DNA of 63,045 nucleotides, the filler included, from Choristocarpus tenellus KU-1152 (taxonomy: Eukaryota > Protista > Phaeophyceae): assembly GCA_964200185.2 (NCBI GenBank). It is 9 parts of 9 records of this genome, joined end to end, with 100 filler letters (N's around TTAATTAATTAA, not from the genome) between each part and the next. Parts side by side here need not be neighbours in the genome. Positions count along the whole stretch, not along the records: positions 1 to 16,643 come from CAXNAD020000800.1; positions 16,744 to 20,943 come from CAXNAD020015732.1; positions 21,044 to 27,668 come from CAXNAD020007725.1; 6 more parts are not named here. The stretch is one strand, 5' to 3'. Positions 12,840 through 25,725 of the stretch are shown here, one piece after another. The first letter of the stretch is position 1; the number at the start of each line of letters is the position of its first letter. The translations under genes were made by a program, and so were the position numbers. Under the pieces are notes generated by a model. The model saw nothing but the letters and a program-made list of their open reading frames with translations, searched no databases and was not told where the DNA came from.

Positions 12840-13860
12840 GACTTGTTCTACACACCCCTTCTTGTGATGAAGTGCAGGGAACCACAGGGCTTTCTGCCTC
12901 CCTCTTTGCAGTATGCAAGAGGAAGTTCGCTGCATCTTGTTTCAGTTCGTAGATGTTGTATCACTCTGCTCTGTTCGTCAACTGAGTGCAATTCTTCTCT
13001 GAGCAGTGGATCACTGCTTGGAGAGGCTGTGGGGGACACTTTGCAAGCGAGATTTCCCCAATGCGAAGCGATACGGAGCTCCATGGCAGAAGGAATACAT
13101 GAGGAATGTGATGCTGCGGGCTACAGATGAGAGCTGCAACCTTCGTGACACCCTTCGTGCCAGGGAAAGTCTAGAGATATACTCCTCACGCTTTGGGTAG
13201 GTGTTGGGGCTGATATGCGATTTGGGCTACATCGAGGCCTCAAGTATAGCTCGTGCAATCTCACACAAAAGACGACCAGCCATGTCCACAGTGATCGTGA
13301 AAGAAACCAGTGTAATTTACGACTTCCGCAAGCGGGGCATGTACTCCGGGCGGCTCAACTTCCTTCCAGTCATTGAACTCATTCATTCCCCCATAGAGTC
13401 CCCCGATTCGGAAGGACTCCTGCCACCGATTCCCAATGGACCCCACCCAGGGTTTCTGAGCTACGCTGTGGATCTGCGTGTGCCTGAGACCTGAGCACGA
13501 ACCTCTCCGCCTCACAGTTTTGTACACTGTCTTCAAAGACCTGCGCAGTTTTCGAGACCTGCGCTGAAGCCGAAGAGGCACGGCATCGGTTGGGTTGCGA
13601 GCAGCTTTATTACTGCGCCCTTGATTTCGGACCAGGTGATGTTCTCAAACGGGAGAGAGGTTGGCCAATGGCTCACATCAGTCACTGGGGCTTTCAACCT
13701 CTCTTTGCCTTTGGGGTGGGGATGTATAGGGGAAGTGGGAGTGGCACATACATGGTAGGGGTGGGGGAAACTTTGGCTCAACACAAGAAGATGGCGAAGC
13801 ATGCCCTCAGATCTCTAACGCCTGTACGCTATAGAGGAGTGTTACATGGCTAAGGGAGAG
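12840..13860 (+). pseudogene. Intronless decayed ORF of unknown function (possibly PD-(D/E)xK nuclease-like)
   Basis: Consecutive coding-like segments broken by stops and frameshifts: ...PGFLSYAVDLRVPE / LTVLYTVFK / EQLYYCALDF... Confidence 0.3.
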
Positions 13861-14802
13861 GGTAAAAAACGGACGCCGGCACTCCCTCCAGATACCTTGA
13901 CCCGAGAGAACGAGTATCTATATAGATATTTTGCTGGTTGGTGGGTATTGCTATACATTTCTCCATTTGTTGTGTGCTGCTCATGTTGGGTAGTATGCAA
14001 AAGAAAGCTATTCCAATAGAGTCTTAGCATTATGTGGTATGGATGTGTTTATTAGCGGAGTGAGTACTATCCCTTGAGGTGGGGGGTGCTCTCTCTTATT
14101 ATCTTGTTGCACACATCAGCTGACACATTAGTTGACACTTCAAAACGTGTCCTGCCGTTGGCCATACTCTGTCACTTATCCTTTGTAGCTAGTATTATGT
14201 CAGTAATCCTCCATCATTCCCTTTATATCAGATAATAAGAAATCAACCATCTGGGATTCCAACCTATTACTCTAAGCACACGAATACAAGTCAATGACAC
14301 TTCTTCCACTTAATCAACATTCCTGTTGTCTAGTAGACTACCAGCCTATATTGCAAGGGTAGCTTGTGTAATGGATGGGGGAGTGAGCAGAGCTTGCTTG
14401 CTCGGTGCCATGTGATGATTGTTTTTGTTTGTTTATTGGACTTGTCGCTTGGATTGTTTTGCGCTCTCTCATCAACGACGAACTATCGCTACTGTTCTAT
14501 GACCGCTTCTCTGCCTGATTAGCGACATTTTTGCTGTCCTGAGCCCTGTGCCAGTCACGTTGTATTTTCCATTATTGTTTGTATTCCCTCTGACACATGT
14601 GCAGTGTGTACCTGGTAGTAGTATATGTAGTGGCAAAAACTCCAGAATATATCCTTAGACACATATATCTGTTAGTACATTCTTCACAGTACTTACCTGT
14701 AGGTACATTCTTCGGTACTTTCGTAAATTGAAGGATGCATGATGATACGATTGCAATAGCACTCACTGACCCCACTGTCGCAATCGTTGCATGGTTGATC
14801 GA

Positions 14803-15328
14803 TGAGTGCAGAGTGTGTGCCGTGAGGTGCGAGTGTCGCGCTAACATATCTGTCGTCAGGGCAAACGTTGGAAGGGGGGTTTTCCTCCAGGTTTCCTCCT
14901 CCGCTGGATCCCCAACGCTGCCTATTGATATGTTAGGACCTGGAAGTGACATTAATTTCATTTCTGATGCGTTCATGATAGGATGAGGAATGAGATTATC
15001 CTTCCTTGTCCAATCGCCTGTTTATCACATTGAAGCAGTTATGCTTCATGCTAGGGGGGCATGTTACAGGCGATATGTCTTGATGGCNNNNNNNNNNTAC
15101 TACTTGATTATTTATTTATTATTTGGTCATTATGGTCCCCGATTGTGATAAGACATCGTGGATCAGTTCCTTTCTTATTCGCTTATATTGATGTTAATTC
15201 AAGTGAGAGATCCAGCATACCTGACGACTTGTGCATCAGAAGTCCTATACGTACATCAGTATCATCTATAGGCCCGTAGATTGGAGTTATACATCCCGTG
15301 GAGGTAAGCTTTCTGGGGCGCATGTAAC
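14803..15328 (+). repeat. Dispersed repeat copy 3 (contains a 10-N gap at 15088-15097)
   Basis: Near-identical to 6738-7305; the same minus-strand MNASEMKLMSLPGPNISIG ORF appears in both. Confidence 0.85.
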
Positions 15329-16519
15329 AGATATGGATGGGTAACATATATCGACTTGCTTTGGGAGTTGAGAGTAGTAAAACTAGAGAAGTTCTAGAGG
15401 AAGGTATATAGAGTATAGTGTGAGTAAGAGAGAATAAGGTAGGACACATCAAGGAAGAAAAACTCAGAAATGCACTACTGTTGGCTCAAATATCTACACA
15501 ACGAGGGGACAAAAAGAGGGTGTACCTCTACATTCTTAGGTAGGAATGGAGCATAAGGTGGCTTAATTCGAAACCCATTCCTCTTACTTCAATCTTCTTA
15601 CTCAATGTATTATTATTATGTCTACACTTGATATTTTTGCAGATATCAGATTTTGTCATATAGGAAACAAGGGTTGAACAGTACAATATATAATTTCCAT
15701 ATGATCTATGGATGTGTGTGATATCGAGTGATTCGCAAAGTTGTGCGAGTACCCCTCTTTTGTTTGATCTCGAACGACAAGGTATTCCACATCCTATTAT
15801 GTACTACCACTACTTTTCTGAACAGGTACCTTTCTTCAAACGTTTGGGGACAAATAACGGTTATACATACACTTCCTCATAAAACCACGAACAGGTACAC
15901 CTCTGTCTACGCTGTATAACGTTTACCCAAGTCCTTCCAAGATTGCCTCAAGTCGGTATGTATTCATCATGGGAAGACAATTGCGAGGCGACATACTCAG
16001 TACTATTTTATTATTATGTCCTCTCACATTTTGCAGATGTGTCAGAGGAAAACCAATGAAAAAAACATAAAATATGAGAACAGTGCTATTAACCTTGGGA
16101 AGTATTGCTATTTGATCAGTAGTGAAAACAAAAAGGTGTTGAGCCTATCACGATTCCCCATTACTGAATATGTTTGCAAAGAAGAGTGAGTTGTGTTGTG
16201 TGTTGTTCTTGCTTTTGTATTATTATTTGTGCGTCAGACGTAGGTCAACTACCATATACGAGTAGTTTAATAATTGCAATACCAAACCCCATATATAATC
16301 GAGACGTACTACAGTGTTGGCAGTCGCCTCCTGCATCAACTTTGTCGCGTCATAACCTTTATCAAAAACTTTTTTCATGAAAATTAATTCATTGTAGTCG
16401 CACCAGCATGCTTAACCTTATTTGATTGGTGCGGTTGGTTAACTTGGAGTAATCGAGAGAAATATAGGACCATACTTAAATCAAGTAGTTCACGCGAACT
16501 GCGTATTTAAGGATGATTT

Positions 16520-16643
16520 GGCTCAAAGTATCTGGGAGGGGGTGGCGGCTGTTCATTTGGGGTCCATTTTTTTTTTTTTTGTTTTTTGGGTGATTTGGTT
16601 GCATACGTCGGGTGGATATTGTAAGTGCCATTTTCCTGGTTTT
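16520..16643. mobile_element. MITE subfamily B, truncated by contig end
   Basis: Starts GGCTCAAAGTATCTGGGAGGGGGTGG; reverse complement of ~49710-49835. Confidence 0.8.
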
Positions 16644-16743
16644 NNNNNNNNNNNNNNNNNNNNNNNNNNNNNNNNNNNNNNNNNNNNTTAATTAATTAAN
16701 NNNNNNNNNNNNNNNNNNNNNNNNNNNNNNNNNNNNNNNNNNN
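16644..16743. other. Artificial contig linker N44-TTAATTAATTAA-N44 (also 20944-21043, 27669-27768, 39626-39725, 43336-43435, 46194-46293, 49526-49625, 53878-53977)
   Basis: An identical 100-nt block with stops in all six frames occurs eight times: an assembly concatenation spacer. Confidence 0.97.
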
Positions 16744-17061
16744 CCACCAAATCACACCAAAAAACTGAAAAACGAAAAAAGGGTGAAAAACAGAGGCCGA
16801 TACCCCCCCCCCCCAGATCAGATACTTTGACCCTGTACGCATGAAGTAGTTACATGATTCGGCAGTTGGACTAGTGTAACACATAGTGGACATGGTCCGG
16901 ACAGGCCAGAATAAGGTTGGATTGGGTGGTGATCGTGGTTTGGATATGGAAGAAGAGAGTTAGACTGGTCAGCTGGAGGACATAGACCGGTACACTAGTC
17001 AGTAGAGATGGTCCTGGCCTTTTAGAGAATGCTTGACCCGGTCCCGGTTGTGGAGATGGGT

Positions 17062-17411
17062 TAGTGTAATACGTAACGGAGATAGAGAAGAACATGCTAA
17101 ATAACTTGTAATAATGGTGTGGGACTGGTCCCGTACGAGGATGGGACCGTTTTATTTTGTTGGTCAGGTGAAAACCCCTTCAAAACATCCAACACCTCAC
17201 CCCCTTACACCTGTCTCTTTCCTGTCCTCCAATCACATAGATAGTGTAATACGTAACGGAGATAGAGAGCAACGTGCTAGATAACGTGCACCAGTGTGAC
17301 GGGTCTCGTAGGAGGATGGGACAGTTTTATTTTGTTGGTTCGGTAAAAACCCCTCCAAAACATCCAATACCTCACACCCCTTACACCTATCTCTTTCCTA
17401 TCCTCCAATCA
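17062..17411. repeat. Tandem duplication of a ~170-bp unit (TG...CA bounded, LTR-like)
   Basis: tagtgtaatacgtaacggagatagaga...tcctccaatca at 17062-17235 and 17242-17411. Confidence 0.8.
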
Positions 17412-17519
17412 GATTCACTCTGACAAGATTTCTTGTTGTGACATCAGATATCACCTAACAAAACCTTTTTCCTTGTTGCAAACATTTTTACGACGTTTGT
17501 GTCGAATCAACTCAGGATA

Positions 17520-18620
17520 GAGAACGGGTGAGGATTGTCAGTTGAATTTGCGAAGTTTGCAAGACAAGATTTCAATCATGGCACGCGGAGCACTCAAAGG
17601 ACTCAAGCGAAATCGCCCAGCCCCTGGGGAAAAGGGTGCATCCAAAGGGCAAGTTTCTCAGGGCTTAGGTGGACGTTTGACGACACAAGGGAATGGTGGA
17701 GGTATTCAGCATGGTAGGTAATTTGTGGCAGGGTTCCATGCCAAAGGATTTTTAAGTCCAGTTTTCAAGTTTTGGATGGGTGTGCGATAAAGAAACAAGT
17801 ACAGACCTAAGATCTGAACGTACCACCATATCACAATGGTGCCCACAGAGCCTGGACTCCTGATGTGATGGACAGACCTTATTGCATAGGTAGCTGAATA
17901 TTCTGTATATATTGTACTCGATTCGTATTTGTTGCGAGCCTAAACTTGGCGTATGTCGTCGTAGACATGGCTTAGCCATTTCTTGCCCCGGTGTGCTTCA
18001 ACTGTGTCTTTCCAATTCCTGTGTTTCTTCCTCCATCAGGGGGTGCCACCAACTCGAACGGAACAACAGATCTAGATGGGGTGGACCTTGTGAGTTGGCT
18101 AAACTGTGAATGTTTCTTCTCTCTGGTCCTAGTAGGCCTACTTGCAGCTCTCCCCTTCAATCTACATACACAAGAACTCATGCAGACCCCTGAGACCTAC
18201 GTCGCCCGAGCTGTGGAGCTCTCAGGGGAAGGTTCGTGGGACAAGGTATGGCATAGAACTGGTGGATTCACGGACTCTTTTTTCACTCGATCATTTGGAT
18301 CATGCCATGAAGGCACGACTGCTGGGGAACTACTCTTGTCGAAGCTGGTATACATTTAATAATAGGGATCGCTATTGATGCCGCTCGTGATTCAATAACC
18401 AGGTGGCTATAGATTTAGATATTCTATAGATCGTGTAACACCCGTGTAAACAGTTAATCCTGCCAGTATGGGCTCCGAGGAAGTCTTCATTGGTAGTGAA
18501 AGGCAGTCCATGTATTGACTGTACTACGCCCTAAAGAACTGGTTGTCCGAACTAACTTTGCCAACCAAGTGACTTCGTCAAGGATGGTTTGGCTATAAGA
18601 TATTTCTTCCATTCTCCACA
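17520..18620 (+). mobile_element. Highly decayed Ty1/copia pol relic
   Basis: QTPETY...SWDK resembles the copia P.TY.EA...W..AM motif; QYGLRGS (~18465) resembles YGLKQS. Many stops. Confidence 0.35.
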
Positions 18621-19518
18621 TAAAATTGTTCCTTTGTGTCTTTGTATGATCAGGTTTATTGGCTTGAAGATGGCCACGATCTAGTAATCATTCAACTTGA
18701 ATAGATCAATCATCCATTGAGTTGTGTTTAACGATTTTACCTACTAGCATCTACCCCCCTCTTCACGTTCTTTTCATGGTACACCTGACACTGACAATCA
18801 CCCATTCGCCCGAGTTTGAGTTCTGTTTGCCTCTGTTGTAGTCAGGTGCCCGGTTGCAAGTAGTGTCCTGCAACCGCTCCTCTGTGCAATACTCTAATAA
18901 CCGATTTTGTTGACTGGCCCGCTCATGTGCTTTCCTCTTGTTTTTTTTTTGTGGTCACTGTAGTGCCAACAAAGTGACGTTACACTTTTGACATACCCCA
19001 TCCTTCTGGTTGCCTGCACAACCCTACAAGAGGGGCTACAACAAAACTCTGTTAATTAAGGATAGGGTCAGTGTTGGGTGCCATGTGGAGATGACATTAA
19101 TTCTTCACGGTTGTGACTCATTTGACAATATCCTACAGACCTTTCATCACTTTCTTATGTCCTCAGTCACTGTCAATTTGATACCATCCTCATGTACCCA
19201 AAGTGTAATTTTTGTCTCTGTGACGGCAAATTTTTCTACCAAAATTGGGGCCATATTATAAACACTACTTTTCTACCTTTTGTTCTGGGGCGGGGTTGGA
19301 TCAAAATGGCGTGCTATTCATGGTTAACTTTAGCTATTTGCCCATCCCAACTTCCCACTTAGTGCTATCATTCAATGTCCATGGGCAAATGGTAAGCAAA
19401 ACCTTTATCACAAGAAGCACGCCTGTGTAAGCACATACAAAAGACAGACGTTCTCAATAGACCCTAAGGTATGATCACAGCCAGCATTTGCCCCTTTCTT
19501 TTCTTTATCTCACTGCAG

Positions 19519-20824
19519 GCAGCCACATTGTACGAGCGTGCAGTGAATACGGAGGAGACTGCAGAGAGACATGAGTTGCTGGCAGATGCACTTGTGCATT
19601 CAGAACGAAAGGAGGAGGCTCTGTGGCACTACGGGAGGGCTATCAACTTATATGTTGATGATAAGGAGAGTAAGGTTAGGCCACTTGAAACACACCGTTC
19701 ACCACAGCACCCGTAAAATAGTCAGCAGTGTGTCATGTGTTTGTTTGTGTTTCCTCAAGAACTTTTTTGGGGGGTAGCAGTAGACAAATATGGGTATACA
19801 TGTGCCGTTTGGGGACAATAGCGGATATGGCAGAAAAAAGGTTGGATGAATGTGCCCTCCAAGACTCTTGCTAGAGTTGTCCTATACCTGTTCTTGTCCC
19901 CATGTTGACAGGTGCAACATGCCTCGTCTACTCTTTTTGTTGTTCACCTGTTTCTGCCCACTTTTTACTCAAATTTGTACCACTTTTCACCCATTGGAAG
20001 TTCTCTGATTGGACAAACAACACAACATTTCTGTTCCACCACACATCACACACGTTCCGAGCTCTGATCCTCATCCTAAATTGGTTGTATCTTGCTTGGG
20101 TTGAAGATGTTATGATTTCTGAATTCAACTGTGGCATGAGAGAATGGTTCCTAGCAAGAGGAAATGGTTCTGGCGGAACCTTCTGATGTTGTTTGGAGAT
20201 GAGTATGAGGGTTTGGAACACGTGTGATGTGTGATGGGACAGGAGGATTGTAATTTTCCTCCCATTGGAGCACTTTCAAAGTGTGAAAGCCAGTAGGAAT
20301 TTGAGCCAATAGTGTGTGGAAACAGGCGAGTGGCGCAGATAGTAGACAAGGGGTGTTGTACCACCCAACATGAGGGGAAAATGGATATAGGAGAATTTTG
20401 GCAAGGGTCTCTTGACAGAGGGCTCATTATCCAACTTGTTTTCCGCTATACCTGTTTTGACCCCAAATGGCACATGTATACCCTTTCTTGTCTACTGTCC
20501 TTAATGTATTCCCAATACTCCAGATTTTTTTTTTGTGGACATTAGGGTTTTGGACAGACACAGAGCTTGAAAGGCAAGACTAGGACTGCCTTGGGTATAC
20601 CAACCCAGCTGATTCAACTATACCTGTGCTCATATGTATGTGCTGTAGTTGTTCAACTCTGTCCCTTTCCCCCCCCACACGTCACCTAGGTTTCAACCTT
20701 AATGAGCTTGGGCAAAGTGCAAACGGAGGAGGGTTTAACGGAGGATGCAGTTCAAACATACTTGCAGGTGTTGGAACTTCAGAGGGGGCAGGAGGACGTA
20801 GACCTTGCTGATGCACACTTCCAG
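19519..20824 (+). CDS. TPR-repeat protein, internal exons 19519-19674 and 20690-20824 (partial)
   Basis: Phase-0 AG/GT-bounded exons encode AATLYERAV...LADALVHSERKEEALWHYGRAI and LMSLGKVQTEEGLTEDAVQTYLQVLELQ, typical TPR helices. Truncated by a linker. Confidence 0.75.
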
Positions 20825-21075
20825 GTATCAGTTGTTGATATCAACTTGAAAGGCAGGGGGGGGGGGGGGGGGGGGGGTGGGGTGTTGGTTTTTCAATTTG
20901 CTGTGTGGGGTTGGCGTGGGCAGAGTGGCCTGTGTGGGGGGTGNNNNNNNNNNNNNNNNNNNNNNNNNNNNNNNNNNNNNNNNNNNNTTAATTAATTAAN
21001 NNNNNNNNNNNNNNNNNNNNNNNNNNNNNNNNNNNNNNNNNNNGATGAGGAAAGAGGAAGAGGGGGGGGGGCGGG

Positions 21076-21120
<45 letters not shown>

Positions 21121-21159
21121 GGCCAAAAAATACTGCTTATTATATACTCGGGCACTTGC

Positions 21160-23341
21160 CTCATAATGTGGCATAAGATCAGACTTCAAGTAAACTCCGG
21201 CGGAGCTCATGAACACGTAGTGGTCCACATTTCCGATAAACACATCAGCCACGCACTTGGTGTCATCAACCTCGCGAGCGTTCATGTCAAACACTGCATC
21301 AAATTTCTCCCCACCCAGAGTGGACTTGCAGACCTGATGGCAACGTGCCGTTTCAACCACAACAACAGATTGAGAGTGCGTTGAGGCGAGGGGGAAAGGG
21401 GGGTGCAGTAAAGCTGATGGTGAGAGCTCATTAAAACAGATATATCGATGGGGGGGGAAGATGGGCGTGTGATACACAACATCGAAGGCGTTTTGTGGGA
21501 AGTATAAATATTCAAAGGAAGGAAGGAATCGGATGTCTTAACACAAAGGTACATCTTGCCCGTCCAGCAGAAGGGCTACACATACAGCACACTAGTGCTG
21601 TATCCAATGTTCTACGCTTACGTATTTCCCTTTCAAAAAGGCAAGTAAGCTTCATGTACCGTTTCATCACCCTGTACTCCAAACCACACCGACGTCACAC
21701 TTGGCAAGAAAACAAATCGAACATCTAGCAATTCTGGAGAGATATTTCAGTAAGGGAGAGAAAGTATCTTAGAGGGTAGGGCCACGTCCATTTAATTCCA
21801 AAATCCAATGTTGCGATTTCGATATATTTTTGGTCATCGTGTTTGTTAGGAAGTGCCAATATCCTTGTTCCAGACACACCTTTTCATAGCGTATACATAT
21901 TACCTACTCCGAAATATGACATAAAATCCCCAAGGGAAGTCAAGCCCTAAATGGACAAACAGGGAAAAACTTGTACCCTCTAAGATACTCTCACTCAAGG
22001 ACTATGGATGAAGCAAAGAGCTACCAAACGAAAGTGCTTTGTTACCCACATAATTTCTAAATGATCGTATTGCAAGCACTTCAAGACTTGCGGCAGCATT
22101 CTTTGAAAACTAGAGCTGAGTAGAGAATGGAGTAATTAGGGGGACAATACATAGCATGTTGCGGCAAATTAAGGAGCCCAATAGTTCGCAAATATTGACA
22201 TTCTCAGGGCAAAAGATGCATGCAAGATACTTTGTCCCAAGCAGGAGTCGTAGAAGCCAATGTATGTCTAACGTCTTTGAAGTTGGTCAACCTAATCATT
22301 GATCTATCTTGACACACACCAAACAACTCGATCCTATACACTACAATAGCACCAATCTCCACAGGCATGCACGACCTGTAGGCACAATTTCACAGTGTAT
22401 AGGGCAATAATTTCACGACCAACTTGTCCATGATCTTCTCGACTCTCCTGCCAGGAGTGGGGAAGGAGGGGGTTGCGAAAAGGGGAGTGCACAAGATCTA
22501 ATGGACAGGCTACCGTTGTGAAAATACCTTTCACATGCTTACCCTTCCAAACACTGCAAAACTTCTCACTCCATGTATCCCTGACTTGGAACACGTCGCA
22601 TCGTATCCGCTTATACTACGAGATAAGTTGATCTACTCAAATTAGTACCTTTATCTTATGCACTACATCGTATACTTCTATACATGACCCAACCTTGTAG
22701 TTACCTCTGGGTCCTTGCGGTCCCCCACGATGGTTTTGACCTCTGCTTGGCGCTTGGCAAATGCCTCGTCAGACTCTCCCGGCAGCTGCTTGTTTGGCGT
22801 CTTTCCCCGGTTGTAGAGAACCACCTGTATAGTGAAAATCACGACGAGGTGGGAGATCTCTCGGCAAGGATAACGGATCAGGGATCTGGCACCTCACAAG
22901 GGCATTCGATCCATTGCGCGGGAGTCAAGGCAGAGAGCAAATACGACTATCCACTCTAAACTGGAGGCTAAATGAATATGTGAATCCTGATTCAGAATCA
23001 GCCAAGTAGTAGGCTCACAAAGCTGGACGGGGGCTTAGATTAATGTCGTAGGATCATGTTTTGTCCAAGCAAAGTAGTAAAGCTAGCAATACACGGAAGA
23101 TTCTTCTTTCAACCTCAAAGAGTAGTATCAGTCCATAGATTTTGAACAGCAAAGAAAGTACCTCGTGTCCACGGTCGTGCAACTCCTTCACGAGGTACAG
23201 ACCGCTGAAGCGGGTGCCTCCGACTACCAACACCCTCTGGGGACCAGTCTTCATAGTAGGCGACATAGTCATCCGCGTTGACATCATGAACCCGCAAGCG
23301 GGAGCTGCAAGGGCAGCCATCAACAGACCGACCCTGACCAT
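21160..23341 (-). CDS. CSP41b: Chloroplast stem-loop binding protein 41b / NAD-dependent epimerase-like, 5' part; exons 23341-23162, 22824-22705, 21333-21160
   Basis: Spliced product MVRVGLLMAALAAPACGF...VLVVGGTRFSGLYLVKELHDRGHEVVLYNRGK...IVGDRKD...FDAVFDMNARE...YVFMSSAGVYLKSDLMPHYE matches CSP41b motifs. Signal peptide plus ACG-F cleavage fits ASAFAP-type plastid targeting. Exons are 180, 120 and 174 nt, all phase 0. Confidence 0.9.
21756..21996 (+). mobile_element. MITE subfamily A in CSP41b intron 2, TSD AAGG
   Basis: GAGAGAAAGTATC...GATACTCTCACTC, flanked by AAGG at 21752-21755 and 21997-22000. Confidence 0.9.
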
Positions 23342-24904
23342 GTTTCCAAGGGTTAGACAAAGTAGTAAAACGTACAACACCCAAACTGGAAGATGGTGAT
23401 GACCTTGTACTTACGTTGGTTGGTGGTACATTTGCGAGCGTGCGCTATTTCGCTCGCCATTTGAACGTCATTCATGTGCAGAACCAAATAAAGAAGAAAA
23501 TAGGACAATAGTTAACCGTCAGTGAGTGTGAACCAACAAACATTTTACCTTCCATTGAAACAAACAACCCACACCGTTTTGAAATTTTACGGCAACACAA
23601 CCACAAACTGCTGAGAGGAAGTGGCGGATCTAAGAGGTGGAGAGGACTGTTCCTACATCAATTACAACCAAGTGCTCTACAACGTCGAACCTCAACCAAA
23701 TGTATCACTCGAGCTCAGATACGAACCCAAATGTTTGGTTCACCAGGTACGTGATCATACACAGCAACCACTCTTAGTCAATTTGTTGGCAACTGCACGG
23801 GATTGAGGAAGCAAGCATGTATCAAAGATACCTTTTCAGGCACCAACACCAGTATAAACTCGATGTGCAATGGCGAGTCAGAATATAATGAGATTCCTTG
23901 AGGCAAGTATTAGAGTGACATTGGTAGTATGCTTCCAGTTCGAAGATTTTTCCAAATAAACATTTTACTCGTTTTCAACCAGATATTCTTCTCACTTTGT
24001 TCTGAGGATTATCCTGACCAAAGGCCAAAGCCGTTACACACACCACCTGTTTCAGAATGACTAACTGTACAGCCCTCATTCCTGTCTTACTTCCTGCGTG
24101 TTGGGTTTTAGTTCTCTGTTGGATCTTAGTCGGTGCTTTTGTGGTATAGCCACAAATAAATAACGAGGGAGATAATACAGGTGGACAATCTGTCTTGCTC
24201 ACCATGTGGAGTAGCATAATCGAAATTAGATTTCCATGAAAAGAAGCCTGGGGTTCAAGGGGTTCAAACCAGCGAATTTCATACAGGTACCTGCCACCAC
24301 CCCCACACACATACGAGGGCACTCCCACAAAAAGTCAAGTGCACTGTCGCTACTACCACTGTTGGCGTCGGGGAAAGGTTGTAGGGTCACCAATAAACAG
24401 ATAGTCGTGTTGTGTTCAGTACAATTCATTCTCCATCTACCTAGCAAGTTGCTTCTTGAACCCCCTGTGACATGTGGAAAATTTCAGTGTCAGTGTGGGT
24501 AAAAAGATAATATAGCACCAGAACTTTGTATCGTGGCTTACAGCTACACACAGGTACAGGTCTTTAATTGCTATCCCGATCCAGGACGTTAATGATAACC
24601 TACTATGCCGTGGGAGTGTTCAGCATTGCTGGTTAACCTTGGAAAGACAGAAACATGGTGAGCCGTAGTTTGGCGATTTGGGTGGCACAAGCACACAATG
24701 CCACAGAGGAAGATTGGAGAGTGTGATAATAAGGCAGGCATAACAATCGGGAACTGGGCACCACAAACATTATTAGTGGGCCTGCTGCAGTATTTGCTGG
24801 AGAAAGATGGTGCCGTCTGACTGAGTACTTTCAATACCCTCTGTCCAGGTTTCTACGCTTTCGGGTAAGTGCTAAGTCGGTATGAGAGTAACATACGTTG
24901 AGCT

Positions 24905-25169
24905 GAGTCAAAGTAAATGAGAGGTACCCAGTTTTTGGTCATTTCGCAATATAAGCCAGCTTTTCAATCTTTTGCAATTCGTCCATATTTCTATGGATGA
25001 AGTGGTAAGTTTGACTTGAGAGAGCTGATTTCTCCGTTGTTTGAAACGTTTCGACACATTCCGGAAAATATCCCACACATACTAATTTGCAAAAAAACGG
25101 TCGAATATCACACATACTTGCTGACATCCTTAATATGCAACTCTGGGTACCTCTTGTTTACCTTCACTT
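24905..25169. mobile_element. MITE subfamily C
   Basis: TIR GAGTCAAAGTAAATGAGAGGTACCCAG vs CTGGGTACCTCTTGTTTACCTTCACTT; its internal sequence is shared with 49626-50024. Confidence 0.75.
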
Positions 25170-25725
25170 TCTCACCCTCCACTTCAAGAGTCACCACACA
25201 GCAGAAAGGTGGGATAAATTCGTGCTTCCTCCATCTCGAACCATCCAGAAAGAAAATACCCCTTTCCCTTTTTACAGCATTGCACCTCATCCTCCTTCAT
25301 AAGCCTTTCTGCCTCAATAACAAAAAAAAACACCTACCTGTGTCTATGAGCGACAATATGGTTTCACGGCAAGCATAGGACATACGTATTTAAGCAGGCA
25401 CGCAGCATGCAGTTACTCTACAACCAACGGCTGGACACAGGAAGACAAAGTCATACTGACCTATTACATTGATTGGACGACTAGGTATGTTCACACATAC
25501 CCACCCTATCCTCTCCTAAACAAAACAAACCCCACACGCACAGACAACAACCTAACTCACCACATACACCAATGGACAGCCTACTTCAACAAGGGGCAAA
25601 CTCTTCCGAGGTAGCCGTCAAAACCAACATCCAAAGCCAGTTGACAGGCAAATCGTCTACAAATAAGTATGTAAATACACTAAAAATTGAACTAGAGTAT
25701 ACAAAAGCAAAAGGAGGATTCAACA

